The notes beneath the pieces were generated by a model. It was not told the origin of the DNA. It worked only from the letters and a program-made list of their open reading frames with translations, and did no database searches. DNA of 64,000 bases from a virus. Every line of letters starts with the position of its first letter. The first letter of the stretch is position 1. The position numbers were made by a program, and so were the translations under genes. The stretch is from IMG/VR virus record IMGVR_UViG_3300020439_000003, positions 1-64,000 of that record, one strand, 5' to 3'. Shown here piece by piece: positions 52,252 through 61,245 of this stretch.

Positions 52252-52830
52252 CTCGGTGAGGTTGCTCACGCTGATTTCTTGATAATCTGCCTTGCAATTC
52301 TTTCCCTTAACATCATCAATGTCAAAATATAGGTCGATGATCTTAACAACCTTGCCATATTGTACGAAGAGAACATCATCAATCTTCGTGCGACTCTTTG
52401 CACTTACAACATCATCAAAACCTGCGATTTCACCAGTTGTTTTGAATCGTGGTGCAACTCGTGGGAGTACACTAACAAATAAAATCTTCTTGCAGTTCTT
52501 AGCGAGTGGAGAATAATAGAGTCTTGCTGCCTCTCCGATGGTAGTATTTGCGTAATTCTTGATATTCTTGTTGACATTGCTGTTCATTGCCTTTGCAAGA
52601 ATAGCACACACTAATTCACCATTATCATCAAAACCTGCGATGTCAATGTCAAACGTGCCGCCGAATGCATCCTCGGGGAGTTTATACTCAAACTGCCAGT
52701 TTAGTTCAGCGAGATCAGGATTTGCGTTCAGAACCTCATTTAGGAGCACAGTGTGCAGTTCATCAGTACGCTTTGAAGAGCGAACATTTTGGAAGGAAGT
52801 TGTGAGAAAGTTTTCAAGAATCATTGCCAT
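52237..52830 (-). CDS. PD-(D/E)XK-like nuclease (restriction endonuclease-like)
   Basis: FEYKL...GGTFDIDIAG...CAILAKAMNSN...NYANTTIGE. The start was moved to the ATG downstream of the promoter. Confidence 0.55.
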   Translation of the reverse strand: MAMILENFLTTSFQNVRSSKRTDELHTVLLNEVLNANPDLAELNWQFEYKLPEDAFGGTFDIDIAGFDDNGELVCAILAKAMNSNVNKNIKNYANTTIGEAARLYYSPLAKNCKKILFVSVLPRVAPRFKTTGEIAGFDDVVSAKSRTKIDDVLFVQYGKVVKIIDLYFDIDDVKGKNCKADYQEISVSNLTEVPVI

Positions 52831-52847
52831 TTGTTTAACTTGAATAC

Positions 52848-52906
52848 ACAATAAAATGTGCTAAGCACATTTGCAACCGATCTTGTGACAGTTCATCAAT
52901 CGTCCA
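52848..52906 (-). promoter_or_regulatory. Early promoter motif copy 3 (TTGCAA-N17-TATTGT)
   Basis: TGGACGAT-TGATGA-ACTGTCAC upstream; a 19-bp palindrome fills the spacer. Confidence 0.65.
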
Positions 52907-53306
52907 TGGGGTTGCCTGTTCGCCAGTGTGTTCCCGCGCCTTTGTAATTTATCTCTTTTTTCTGTGAAAGTTTCATGATTTCTTGTGTCACTGGTTCATT
53001 GATATATGCTTCGATGAATTCTTTGCACTCACAAACTGTCTGACCAGTGTAACATTGAACATATGAAAATTGTGGGTTCCGCGCTCTCACAATATAACGC
53101 GCATTGTCATCAATTCCTTCAATAATAAATGCGGCGAGTGGTTCACTCCATCCGCCCAACTCCGTAGGATCAGGGTAAATAACATCATCCTCAGTTACCC
53201 ACACATATTCAATGTATTTGTGGCGGTCGATACGCAATGTGCGCTCAATGATGAGTTGGTCAGTCATTCTTTCAAGTTCGAGAAGTTTGTGTTTAATTCT
53301 ACCCAA
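52896..53306 (-). CDS. Hypothetical protein
   Basis: 136-aa ORF; stop inside motif copy 3. Confidence 0.65.
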   Translation of the reverse strand: MGRIKHKLLELERMTDQLIIERTLRIDRHKYIEYVWVTEDDVIYPDPTELGGWSEPLAAFIIEGIDDNARYIVRARNPQFSYVQCYTGQTVCECKEFIEAYINEPVTQEIMKLSQKKEINYKGAGTHWRTGNPMDD

Positions 53307-53516
53307 TTATCTGCCCTCGCTTAATTCATCTTCTAGCAAGTCAGGATAATACTCCTCGACTTCATTGATGAGTTCATTGACACTGTATTTCTCAAAGTTC
53401 TGCTCCAAAGTATCATAAACGAATTGCCACAAGTTCTTGTGATCCATGCCATCAATGATGCGCTCAATGTAAGCGTCTTGCAATTCGTCGCGGTCGATGA
53501 TGTTATCAGTGGTCAT
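53307..53516 (-). CDS. Acidic hypothetical protein (start MTTDN)
   Basis: DRDELQDAYIERIIDGMD...ELINEVEEYYPDLL. Confidence 0.7.
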   Translation of the reverse strand: MTTDNIIDRDELQDAYIERIIDGMDHKNLWQFVYDTLEQNFEKYSVNELINEVEEYYPDLLEDELSEGR

Positions 53517-53555
53517 GAGAATAACAGAAGGAAGGAGCATTGAATAAAGATAATA

Positions 53556-53807
53556 TCAGCAAGCGAGACACATTGCTGAGTTGAAAAGTTGAGGTTCAGT
53601 GTGCATGTCGGTTACTTCGTAACCATAACCCTCCACACGGGAGTATACTTCACGATTGAAATCTTTCTTCAACACATAACGCTTCGATTGAGATTGTCCC
53701 ATGAATGTAACAGTCTTCAAAATGTAGCGGGTGCTGATCTCACCGTCAGCAAACTTGACGGGGTAGAAGTCAACAACCATGTTTCCAGATTTGGCGGTGA
53801 GTTGCAT
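53556..53807 (-). CDS. Early hypothetical protein (start MQLTAK)
   Basis: The ATG lies just downstream of promoter motif copy 4. Confidence 0.75.
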   Translation of the reverse strand: MQLTAKSGNMVVDFYPVKFADGEISTRYILKTVTFMGQSQSKRYVLKKDFNREVYSRVEGYGYEVTDMHTEPQLFNSAMCLAC

Positions 53808-53836
53808 GAAATTCTCAAAATTTCTTTGACCCTTAT

Positions 53837-53893
53837 AGAATACACGAGAATCTGCCCAGATCAAGGATCAGTGGACAGTTCTCCTGGTGTCAC
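53837..53893 (-). promoter_or_regulatory. Early promoter motif copy 4
   Basis: GTGACACC-AGGAGA-ACTGTCCA ... TTGATC ... CGTGTATTCT. Confidence 0.7.
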
Positions 53894-54448
53894 ATTCAAA
53901 TTAAAACTTAGCGTCAATCGGTTAGTGTCATTTTTCTGCAATCTTACGCCATGACGTACAAACGAAGGGAACACAATCAGGTCGCCTTCATTGATATTGG
54001 GTTCATGAACAGGTGACTGCTCAAAAATGTGAGTATATCCGAGGATTGTATGATCCAAGTTCATATTCTCAAAATAGAATCGTCCATCCTTATCTCTATC
54101 GAACTGGATGAAGATCACACCAGAGAAGTTCACGAACTCAGGATAGTTCACATGATGATGAGGTTCTTGCGAATGTCCACTGTTATACAGATTCAACCAT
54201 GAGTTTACGATTTCAATCTCACAATCAGGAGGGAAATACTGATACAAATAAGGTGCTAGGACTTGTCCAAGTTCTTCGGGCGGGACGACATCTTTCTCTT
54301 CAAAATGTGTCGTGTGAACACTACAATTCCACCTACCCTCAGCATCAGTAAGGAGATGCCTAGCAGACTCCAAAAGGGATCCGAATGTCTCCTTGTGATT
54401 GTGAATGTGTGCTTGGTGGTATTTGATTGGGAATAGAATTGTTTGCAT
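53861..54448 (-). CDS. 2OG-Fe(II) oxygenase, TIGR02466-like
   Basis: SWLNLY...QEPHHH...FSGVIF...EGDLIVFPSFVRHGV...RLTLSFN. Confidence 0.85.
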   Translation of the reverse strand: MQTILFPIKYHQAHIHNHKETFGSLLESARHLLTDAEGRWNCSVHTTHFEEKDVVPPEELGQVLAPYLYQYFPPDCEIEIVNSWLNLYNSGHSQEPHHHVNYPEFVNFSGVIFIQFDRDKDGRFYFENMNLDHTILGYTHIFEQSPVHEPNINEGDLIVFPSFVRHGVRLQKNDTNRLTLSFNLNVTPGELSTDP

Positions 54449-54941
54449 CAGGTGTAATTTTAATCAGTTTCTTGGTGTAATCATATGCATATTTTGTACG
54501 ATTACCATGTATACCCCATCCTAACCATTGATAGGCATGATGCATATAATGTTCAACAGTTTGTCCACGTCCTTGTAAAACAAGAGCATAACGTGTCCAC
54601 TGTGGTTCATTCACCATGTAACGAAGTTGTGTCCCCAGTGTGCTCGGGTCTCCCCCGTATGCGCGGGCAAAATGGGCAAGTCCGTCATATCTGCCCTGTG
54701 AGGTCCACTGAATGAGACCATATCCACCAACCAAACATGCATCGTAAGGTAGAATTGCACCGCCTTCACATACATTTGGACGGAAGTTTGATTCTTGTTT
54801 GATGTTACCCATGACTGTTGCCAGTGCATTAACATCATGAATCCCCCTCGATTGTAGGAATTCAAGTGTCTGATTCTCTGCTGGTGAGCAGTCTACACAC
54901 TTGATAATCGGAGGGGGAGTTGGTGTTGTTGTCAATAACAT
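54360..54941 (-). CDS. Phage tail lysozyme (Phage_lysozyme2 / CwlT-like)
   Basis: ALATVMGNIKQESNFRP...GGYGLIQWT...QLRYMVNE. Confidence 0.75.
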   Translation of the reverse strand: MLLTTTPTPPPIIKCVDCSPAENQTLEFLQSRGIHDVNALATVMGNIKQESNFRPNVCEGGAILPYDACLVGGYGLIQWTSQGRYDGLAHFARAYGGDPSTLGTQLRYMVNEPQWTRYALVLQGRGQTVEHYMHHAYQWLGWGIHGNRTKYAYDYTKKLIKITPDANNSIPNQIPPSTHSQSQGDIRIPFGVC

Positions 54942-54976
54942 AATTTAGATTCGAGAGATCAACTAATGAAAGAATG

Positions 54977-55180
54977 TCAAGATTGCTCTGTATCCAACTG
55001 GGACAACTGTGGGGATCGCAGCAACTCGTGTTGGTATTCAAGTTCATTCCACAAACTGTCAATGAGACCATCGATATATGTACGATGGTTGAGATGTTGA
55101 GCAACTCTTTTGAGTTCTAATACCTGCTGTTTTGCAGACTCAATATGATAACATTCTCTACTTCTTACGTCAATGCTCAT
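54977..55180 (-). CDS. Hypothetical protein (start MSIDV)
   Basis: ATGA-coupled to the 55177-55377 ORF. Confidence 0.6.
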   Translation of the reverse strand: MSIDVRSRECYHIESAKQQVLELKRVAQHLNHRTYIDGLIDSLWNELEYQHELLRSPQLSQLDTEQS

Positions 55181-55377
55181 GCGAAACCGCCTCCTTTTGT
55201 CTTTTGATCGATCACATCCACAGTAACACAATACTGTGGATAGTTCCACCATGCCTCCATAACTCGCATGTAATCATCAACAATCTTCACACTACCATCG
55301 GCACAGTGTATTTTGTATCTATGCCGATCGTAAGGTTTCTCACATGTTTGCTTAAAGAAACTTGGCAAACCTGTCAT
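55177..55377 (-). CDS. Hypothetical protein
   Basis: 66 aa, ATGA-coupled; KPYDRHRYKI...DVIDQKTKGGGF. Confidence 0.7.
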   Translation of the reverse strand: MTGLPSFFKQTCEKPYDRHRYKIHCADGSVKIVDDYMRVMEAWWNYPQYCVTVDVIDQKTKGGGFA

Positions 55378-55526
55378 GATCGTGGATCCATGTTAGTACA
55401 GAGATCAGGATCAATCTTACAAAGACGATCCATCTTTTGATCTTGAATTGATTGAACTTTGTTCATTGCAGTGATGCCAATGTTAGCACCAATCAAAACA
55501 ATGATGAAAGCGAGGGCGATTCTCAT
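55374..55526 (-). CDS. Small membrane-anchored protein
   Basis: MRIALAFIIVLIGANIGITA hydrophobic helix; C-terminal CKIDPDLC. Confidence 0.65.
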   Translation of the reverse strand: MRIALAFIIVLIGANIGITAMNKVQSIQDQKMDRLCKIDPDLCTNMDPRS

Positions 55527-55598
55527 GATAATAAAAGAATGAAAGAGGGGAGGTCTCGCGGCAGGAGACACAATTATATAGACCCTCTATGTGATAGT

Positions 55599-55787
55599 TC
55601 AGCGTTGGAACTTGCCGTGCTTAAATGTAGCAAATTCAGGATTGTTGACCCAGCGACCCTGAGTGCAATCCCACACGATGGGCAGCGGTTCGGTCTGAGG
55701 AGTGTTCGGTGATGCCTTAGCGAGGACCTCACGGGACTGGGCAAACAGTTCGTCGAGAGTGTAGCGAGCAGGGCGGACGCCGTACAT
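55599..55787 (-). CDS. Early hypothetical protein
   Basis: 62 aa with a GGAG Shine-Dalgarno; first gene after motif copy 5. Confidence 0.65.
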   Translation of the reverse strand: MYGVRPARYTLDELFAQSREVLAKASPNTPQTEPLPIVWDCTQGRWVNNPEFATFKHGKFQR

Positions 55788-55812
55788 GTGTTGTCTCCGT
55801 TGATTACCTAGT

Positions 55813-55870
55813 AATAATACACGCTCAGGGCGTGGTCACCACTATTTATGGACACTAGGAGAACTGGACC
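55813..55870 (-). promoter_or_regulatory. Early promoter motif copy 5 (with embedded CATAAATA)
   Basis: GGTCCAGT-TCTCCT-AGTGTCCA TAAATA ... CGTGTATTATT. Confidence 0.7.
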
Positions 55871-56385
55871 CCAAGGTGTGGACAGATCGCACCGAGTGAG
55901 ATACGAATATCTTTTGTAGGTGGATCTCCATCATGTTCTAGTCTTGAATCAAAGTAGATAATTCTACCTTGTTTGAATTCCACTTTCTCACCCGTTGCAA
56001 ATGTCGTAGCACCACTATCCCCATAAGCATGGTAAATAACTGACGTTGCGGCATGATTGTAATCAGTGTGGGTTTGACTAACATGCCCAGGATTTTGTGC
56101 ATTGACCAATAACCTATGGACATGAGACAAAGGTAGATCAGCACATACATCTTTAATGATGCATTCATTGAAGTATGCGAAGAACCAGTACCAAGGAGTC
56201 TCCTCAGTAAATTCATTGTTTCTGATGACAGTATTACCCCAGAATCTTGCCTTTGAATAGTCACCATATGGAGTATTATTATAGAAGAAGGGGAAGTCTG
56301 TTGAGAGATAGTTACCTACGTCTCTCACCATCCAACTGGGGAAATAGTCATCAATGACTGTTACTGTGGTATCTAAATGTGTCAT
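55855..56385 (-). CDS. 2OG-Fe(II) oxygenase (prolyl-hydroxylase-like)
   Basis: VIDDYF, HTD, GRIIYFDSRLEH and RISL. Confidence 0.8.
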   Translation of the reverse strand: MTHLDTTVTVIDDYFPSWMVRDVGNYLSTDFPFFYNNTPYGDYSKARFWGNTVIRNNEFTEETPWYWFFAYFNECIIKDVCADLPLSHVHRLLVNAQNPGHVSQTHTDYNHAATSVIYHAYGDSGATTFATGEKVEFKQGRIIYFDSRLEHDGDPPTKDIRISLGAICPHLGVQFS

Positions 56386-56993
56386 CGTTTAATCAATGGA
56401 ATCTCAGTGCTCATTATGAAATTAGCAGATACAGTGATACGTTCACTATCCTCACGTTGTGTGTCCACTTGGTGATGCAAATATGATGGGAAGATGAGTA
56501 TATCACCTTCCTTACATTCAGGGAACCATGTATTAACCACTGGATAATGCTTAGAGAAGTATCCGAGGTGCATATTCTGATCTGGATTATAGAAGATGAA
56601 CTTAGCATCTACCTCAGGATCATATTGTAAGAGGTATGCACAACTAAACGTGGTGTTATCTCCTCCACAATGTGTATGCACCTCCTGTGAATCACCCTTC
56701 TTATATACATTGATCCAACTTTCCGTCATTTCTATTCGCACGGTGGGTTTCCCACCCAGTTGCTCATGCATATCATCTAAATTAGGACGTATTGCCTTAG
56801 CAAACACGTCCCACGAGAAGTCTTCATTATTGGTATCACTCTCAAAGGAGGATTGCAGTGTGCAATTCCACTCCCTCGGTTGTGATGTATTAGCGAATGC
56901 TAATTCTGATAGAAGTAATCCTTTGAGATACTGGTGTGCTTCAACTTCACCATGATAGTAGAACTTAGGAAATAAACCTTGAACTTTACCCAT
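56382..56993 (-). CDS. 2OG-Fe(II) oxygenase, TIGR02466-like
   Basis: SWINVY...QEVHTH...EGDILIFPSYLHH...RITVSAN. Confidence 0.85.
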   Translation of the reverse strand: MGKVQGLFPKFYYHGEVEAHQYLKGLLLSELAFANTSQPREWNCTLQSSFESDTNNEDFSWDVFAKAIRPNLDDMHEQLGGKPTVRIEMTESWINVYKKGDSQEVHTHCGGDNTTFSCAYLLQYDPEVDAKFIFYNPDQNMHLGYFSKHYPVVNTWFPECKEGDILIFPSYLHHQVDTQREDSERITVSANFIMSTEIPLIKR

Positions 56994-58237
56994 TATGCAA
57001 CAAGAGAGAGGGGAGGAATGCCTTTGACGAAGATAGCATCAACAACATTTTGTAGACGCTTGACAACGTGAGCACCATAAGTCTTGTGGACAGGGACAGT
57101 AACGAAACCAGTTGGTTTGTTGTACAATCCCCACTCACATGCATTGAGTTCACCAGACTTCAAACGTGCAGCATCATCTTTATCTAGGCGAATAACACGA
57201 CCGATAGTCTGTGCCATCTCAACAACATTCAAGTTGCGAAGAAGGATGCAGTGAGTGAGACCAGGGACGTTGATACCTTCGCTGAGGATAGAATAGTGGA
57301 ACACGATGAACTTCTTAGAAGCATCCTTACCCCACTCAGTGAGAGTATTGAAGAATACTTCACGAGATACTTTCACACCGTCGATGATAGCACCAAACTT
57401 AGATGTGACGTGCATGACACTGTAACCACGCTCTGCAAGTTGAAGCAGGAGTGTAGTCTTAGAGATCATGTTACCTAGCACGCGACTGCTAGGGACAGCG
57501 ACGAGAACTTTGCTGGCGTGAGTATCATCGAGATTGTCAATGATGTCACGCACAGTGTCAGCATCAACGTCATGAATGTTGTGCTTTGTGCGAGTGTTGT
57601 CTGTTTCAAAGGGAACGATAGTTGGAGGGAGGATGTGACCCTGCTCAATCAACTCAGGTGCAGGAACGTTACAAATAACAGGACCATACACGTCGCTGTT
57701 GTTCATGGAACGACCATGCTTGCGAGCGATACGAGGAGTAGCAGTGAAGAAGTATGCACGCTCAGAGAGATCAGAACATGCAGCAGTAGCAGCAAAGAAG
57801 TGACGAGTCACACTGTTGTGAGACTCATCAAAGTATGCAGCATTGATCTCAATACCAGCATCAACAACTTTGTTCAAAGAGTGATAGGTAGTGAAGATAA
57901 TGCAAGACTCACCTGCTGCACGCGCAGTGTTAGCGAACAGTGCAATCTTGTCAGACTTGGTGCTGCTGAAATGCTGTGTCTCACCTGAGTGAGCATGACA
58001 TACATGTGTCCATGTAGATGAAATAAACTGCATGAACTCGTCACACAGTTGATTAGCGAGCAGGATACGAGGAGCAACAACAACAATAGTCTGGGGACCG
58101 TTGTTGAGCAGTTGACGAGCGTGCTCGATCATGATGATGGTTTTGCCACCACCAGTAGGCACGATGACCTGACCCTTGTCAGCGGACTGCATAGCAGCGA
58201 GAGCGCGGGACTGGTGAGGGCGTAGGGTGATGGTCAA
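56993..58237 (-). CDS. SF2 helicase (ResIII / DEAD-like)
   Basis: LRPHQ, PTGGGKT, DESH, TATP, LSEGINVP and QTIGRVIR. Confidence 0.9.
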   Translation of the reverse strand: MTITLRPHQSRALAAMQSADKGQVIVPTGGGKTIIMIEHARQLLNNGPQTIVVVAPRILLANQLCDEFMQFISSTWTHVCHAHSGETQHFSSTKSDKIALFANTARAAGESCIIFTTYHSLNKVVDAGIEINAAYFDESHNSVTRHFFAATAACSDLSERAYFFTATPRIARKHGRSMNNSDVYGPVICNVPAPELIEQGHILPPTIVPFETDNTRTKHNIHDVDADTVRDIIDNLDDTHASKVLVAVPSSRVLGNMISKTTLLLQLAERGYSVMHVTSKFGAIIDGVKVSREVFFNTLTEWGKDASKKFIVFHYSILSEGINVPGLTHCILLRNLNVVEMAQTIGRVIRLDKDDAARLKSGELNACEWGLYNKPTGFVTVPVHKTYGAHVVKRLQNVVDAIFVKGIPPLSLVA

Positions 58238-58260
58238 GGCGTGTCTGTGTCAGTACATAT

Positions 58261-58317
58261 ATTATACATCACTCCTCGTCTTCCACCACCTCTTTGTGCC
58301 ACTTCCTACACTGGACC
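58261..58317 (-). promoter_or_regulatory. Early promoter motif copy 6 (TGTATAAT)
   Basis: GGTCCAGT-GTAGGA-AGTGGCAC ... GATGTATAAT, upstream of the helicase. Confidence 0.7.
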
Positions 58318-58402
58318 TTGTATTCATAATATGGATCAATCCTTGCTTGTCTCTCCCACTCTTCACATTTCAAAATCTCTTTATAGAGTTTGTCATCATA
58401 CA

Positions 58403-58735
58403 TTAGCGTGCCTCCATGTCTGGTAACATTTCATTGCCTGGGTGGTCATTAGTCTTACCACGGTATGCTTTCTTATGTTGAAAGTATGCTGGATCTAATT
58501 CTAAATCATCCCAGTCTTCTTCAAATATAACAATACAGCATTTAATCCATGGTGACAATGCATGTGGATCCTCGTTAGGTTTCTTACTTATACACAGTGT
58601 GATGTATTCATCACTAACAAATTCAATAGTTCCCTCAAAACCCTGATACCTAGCAGGACACCCAGGTTGTACTGCTTTGATGATGTTCCTGATCTCGATA
58701 GGAACTGACTCGGAAATAAAGAGGGGAGTGCTCAT
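58403..58735 (-). CDS. Hypothetical protein
   Basis: 110 aa; GTIEFVSDEYITLCI segment. Confidence 0.7.
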   Translation of the reverse strand: MSTPLFISESVPIEIRNIIKAVQPGCPARYQGFEGTIEFVSDEYITLCISKKPNEDPHALSPWIKCCIVIFEEDWDDLELDPAYFQHKKAYRGKTNDHPGNEMLPDMEAR

Positions 58736-59349
58736 AGTGTTAGAAACGAAGTTGGGTTGCCATAGTTACCTTTGACCATGACATTAAATGCTAGTGAGTA
58801 ACGTCTATTGTGATCCATGTTTGCTTCAACACAATGGACTAACTCACTAGGGAATATGAGTACCATGCCTGTCTGTGGTGTGATTCTCCACGACTTAGCA
58901 TTATATACATTTGTAGCATCACGACGTGGGTCAAGGTGTCGATGGCGTTGATCCATGAACATAATATCACCACAATTAGGATGTGTCCTCAGATACACCA
59001 CACCACTATACAAACTGTTACGATGTGAATGATCGTTAGCACGTTCCATGTGTTGATGCATGTTAATCCATGAACATGTGAAGTCAGTAGTGTGTGATAT
59101 TGCATCAACACCCTGCACACCAAATACATATTCATCAACGTGTTCTTTTAACCACGACTTGAAATCTAGGAACTTGTCTAGTATCTGTTGTTCAACAGTT
59201 TGAGCACCTAGATTATATCCTGATCTATCGTAGTTTCTAAATTCCAACTCATCAACAGCATCCATGATGTTGGGCATCTCCTCATCAACTGTCACATATA
59301 TTGGTGATGAGAACAGAGGGATAATCTCAGTCGGTAGTGAAGTTTGCAT
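58732..59349 (-). CDS. 2OG-Fe(II) oxygenase, TIGR02466-like
   Basis: LFSSPI, SWIN, HSHRNSLYSGVVY, LIFPSELVH and RYSLAFN. Confidence 0.88.
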   Translation of the reverse strand: MQTSLPTEIIPLFSSPIYVTVDEEMPNIMDAVDELEFRNYDRSGYNLGAQTVEQQILDKFLDFKSWLKEHVDEYVFGVQGVDAISHTTDFTCSWINMHQHMERANDHSHRNSLYSGVVYLRTHPNCGDIMFMDQRHRHLDPRRDATNVYNAKSWRITPQTGMVLIFPSELVHCVEANMDHNRRYSLAFNVMVKGNYGNPTSFLTL

Positions 59350-59824
59350 TGATTAGAATTCTGTTCTTATGATATTTTGGTGAGTGTCCAGTATGCATGT
59401 GTTGACCATTAAATGTCAATAGTCTGTTTGCCTTTGGTTGTACCCGTTGAAAACGACTGTCGGAAGGATCGCCAAGGATAATAGTATCTCCATCTGAATC
59501 ATTAACATAGTAGATACACACACGATGAGGTTCTTTGCAATCAGTGTGAAAGTCATGTCTGTATCCCTCTGGGTTATATAACGTCATATCTGCACGCACA
59601 CGAAGACATGCAGAAGACCTAATAGTCTCCTGCATCTTCGCAACTAACTCACAGAACTGTGGATCACCTTCATCACTCAACCAGTGATTAAATCCATGTG
59701 CTTGTATATCATCACACCCATTGGTGAGAGTTTGTTGGTAGAACCAAGGAAACTCCCACCCAGTGAGTATAGATAACAGTTCTGCATGATAGTCATCATC
59801 AAGGAAGTTATCGATGATGTTCAT
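59327..59824 (-). CDS. 2OG-Fe(II) oxygenase (start MNIIDNFL)
   Basis: FPWFY, HTD, IYYVNDSDGDT, NRLLTFNG..H and RILINAN. Confidence 0.85.
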   Translation of the reverse strand: MNIIDNFLDDDYHAELLSILTGWEFPWFYQQTLTNGCDDIQAHGFNHWLSDEGDPQFCELVAKMQETIRSSACLRVRADMTLYNPEGYRHDFHTDCKEPHRVCIYYVNDSDGDTIILGDPSDSRFQRVQPKANRLLTFNGQHMHTGHSPKYHKNRILINANFTTD

Positions 59825-60002
59825 CTCTGAGATGTAAGGAGGTCGCAATTTCATCAATTAGATTCCTTTTATGATCTGGAAGGTGACCAATCTTGTTGTA
59901 ATAGTCTTTTTGAAGTAGGAATAGTGCGTGGCGCAGAAGCACCTTCTGCTCTGGATTTAGTGTTGCAGTTTTAAGAAACATGGTCATAGGTGCAGAGACC
60001 AC
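59808..60002 (-). CDS. Hypothetical protein
   Basis: About 60-aa ORF filling the gap between two oxygenase genes. Confidence 0.55.
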   Translation of the reverse strand: MVSAPMTMFLKTATLNPEQKVLLRHALFLLQKDYYNKIGHLPDHKRNLIDEIATSLHLRDEHHR

Positions 60003-60008
60003 TACTAT

Positions 60009-60716
60009 TTAACGGTGGACCACTAAATTATAGCGTTTCCTGTCAGAACAGCAACACCTTTTAGGGGTCCAAATTGGAAGAGATAATGAAAGTCTCGGTC
60101 CTTTGGTGTGTCGGGTGTTGTGGTATGCCCTTGCAGGAAAGTATAGCACATCCCCAGGCGTAAGTAAAGTGTCTATTGCTATTGTCAACTCATCCTCACT
60201 TGGTGTGTAGGGAGGATCTTCTCCTTCAATAAGATGTGATGCTCGTTCGTTATATACTTGCCACCTCGTTTCTCCATCCATTTGTATGATGAAGTTGACG
60301 GGTTTGTCCCAGTGTGGTTTGAAACTTGGGTGCGAATTGTCAGCGCCATTAGTAATAAAAATGTGACAGTCAGCACATCCATCAAAGGTCTCTTCAATCT
60401 TTGACAGTAACTCATCAACTTGTGGTTTACCATGACCATATTTACATATGTTAATAGTATAACCCATATTAGCAAGTTCAAAGAGTTCTTGCTTCTTTGG
60501 TACACCCATATAAAACCATGGTTCTTCCACCTGTTCCAGATCCATACGTCTACCATTATCATCAATCACTGTGATAACGTGATTCCATGGAGCATTCAGG
60601 GCATCTTCGGCATCTTGCCATGTAACAAATGGTTCAATAGCATTGCGCCACACTCGTGGACGATCGTCTGCCTGATATACCTCAGGATTGAGAAACTCTG
60701 GGTTTGAAATTAACAT
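60009..60716 (-). CDS. JmjC / cupin_4 (YcfD/ROXA-like) oxygenase (start MLISN)
   Basis: SFKPHWD..NFIIQMDGETRW...LTPGDVLYFPARAYH...RLSLS. Confidence 0.85.
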   Translation of the reverse strand: MLISNPEFLNPEVYQADDRPRVWRNAIEPFVTWQDAEDALNAPWNHVITVIDDNGRRMDLEQVEEPWFYMGVPKKQELFELANMGYTINICKYGHGKPQVDELLSKIEETFDGCADCHIFITNGADNSHPSFKPHWDKPVNFIIQMDGETRWQVYNERASHLIEGEDPPYTPSEDELTIAIDTLLTPGDVLYFPARAYHNTRHTKGPRLSLSLPIWTPKRCCCSDRKRYNLVVHR

Positions 60717-61245
60717 TGAGTGCAATCCTATATCCTGTGGTGGGTGATGATGATGCATGTAATACATCACCTTTGAATACAACCATCTTGCCACGCTCAG
60801 GTGACACTCTCAACTGACATTGACGTTGAAATATACTCATCTCATCAGTGAAGAAGATAGTATCACCATCACTATCATTCACATAATATAATGCAGTGAT
60901 GTGTTCTTCTTCAAAGTCTACATGTGGACAGTGATGTTCTAGTTTGTCAGGTAGTAGGCAACCAAGGCGAACGCGATAAACATCAGAAAAATCTTGACCA
61001 GCAGCATCAGCAATAATCCTCAAAGCAGATTCAAATAGATCGTAGTATTGTGAGACAGGTTCATAGTCCATCACCACAACATGTGAGAATGAACTGTTAT
61101 CAAACCTACCTTCATATGGTCGATACCCACCATCAGCAAACGTGGTCTCTTTAACAAGATACCATGGGAACTGTTGTTGTGTTACAAGTCCCTCAATCTG
61201 ATCCTGAATAATATCAGGCAATGGATAATCAGAACTCAATAACAT
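60682..61245 (-). CDS. 2OG-Fe(II) oxygenase (start MLLSS)
   Basis: FPWY, PHVD, LYYVNDSDGDT, VVFKGDVLHASS and RIALNVN. Confidence 0.85.
   Translation of the reverse strand: MLLSSDYPLPDIIQDQIEGLVTQQQFPWYLVKETTFADGGYRPYEGRFDNSSFSHVVVMDYEPVSQYYDLFESALRIIADAAGQDFSDVYRVRLGCLLPDKLEHHCPHVDFEEEHITALYYVNDSDGDTIFFTDEMSIFQRQCQLRVSPERGKMVVFKGDVLHASSSPTTGYRIALNVNFKPRVSQS

Noticed and set aside
51371-58317. CRISPR-like array
   Set aside because: The repeats are degenerate and separated by whole genes rather than constant-length spacers; no cas genes are present.
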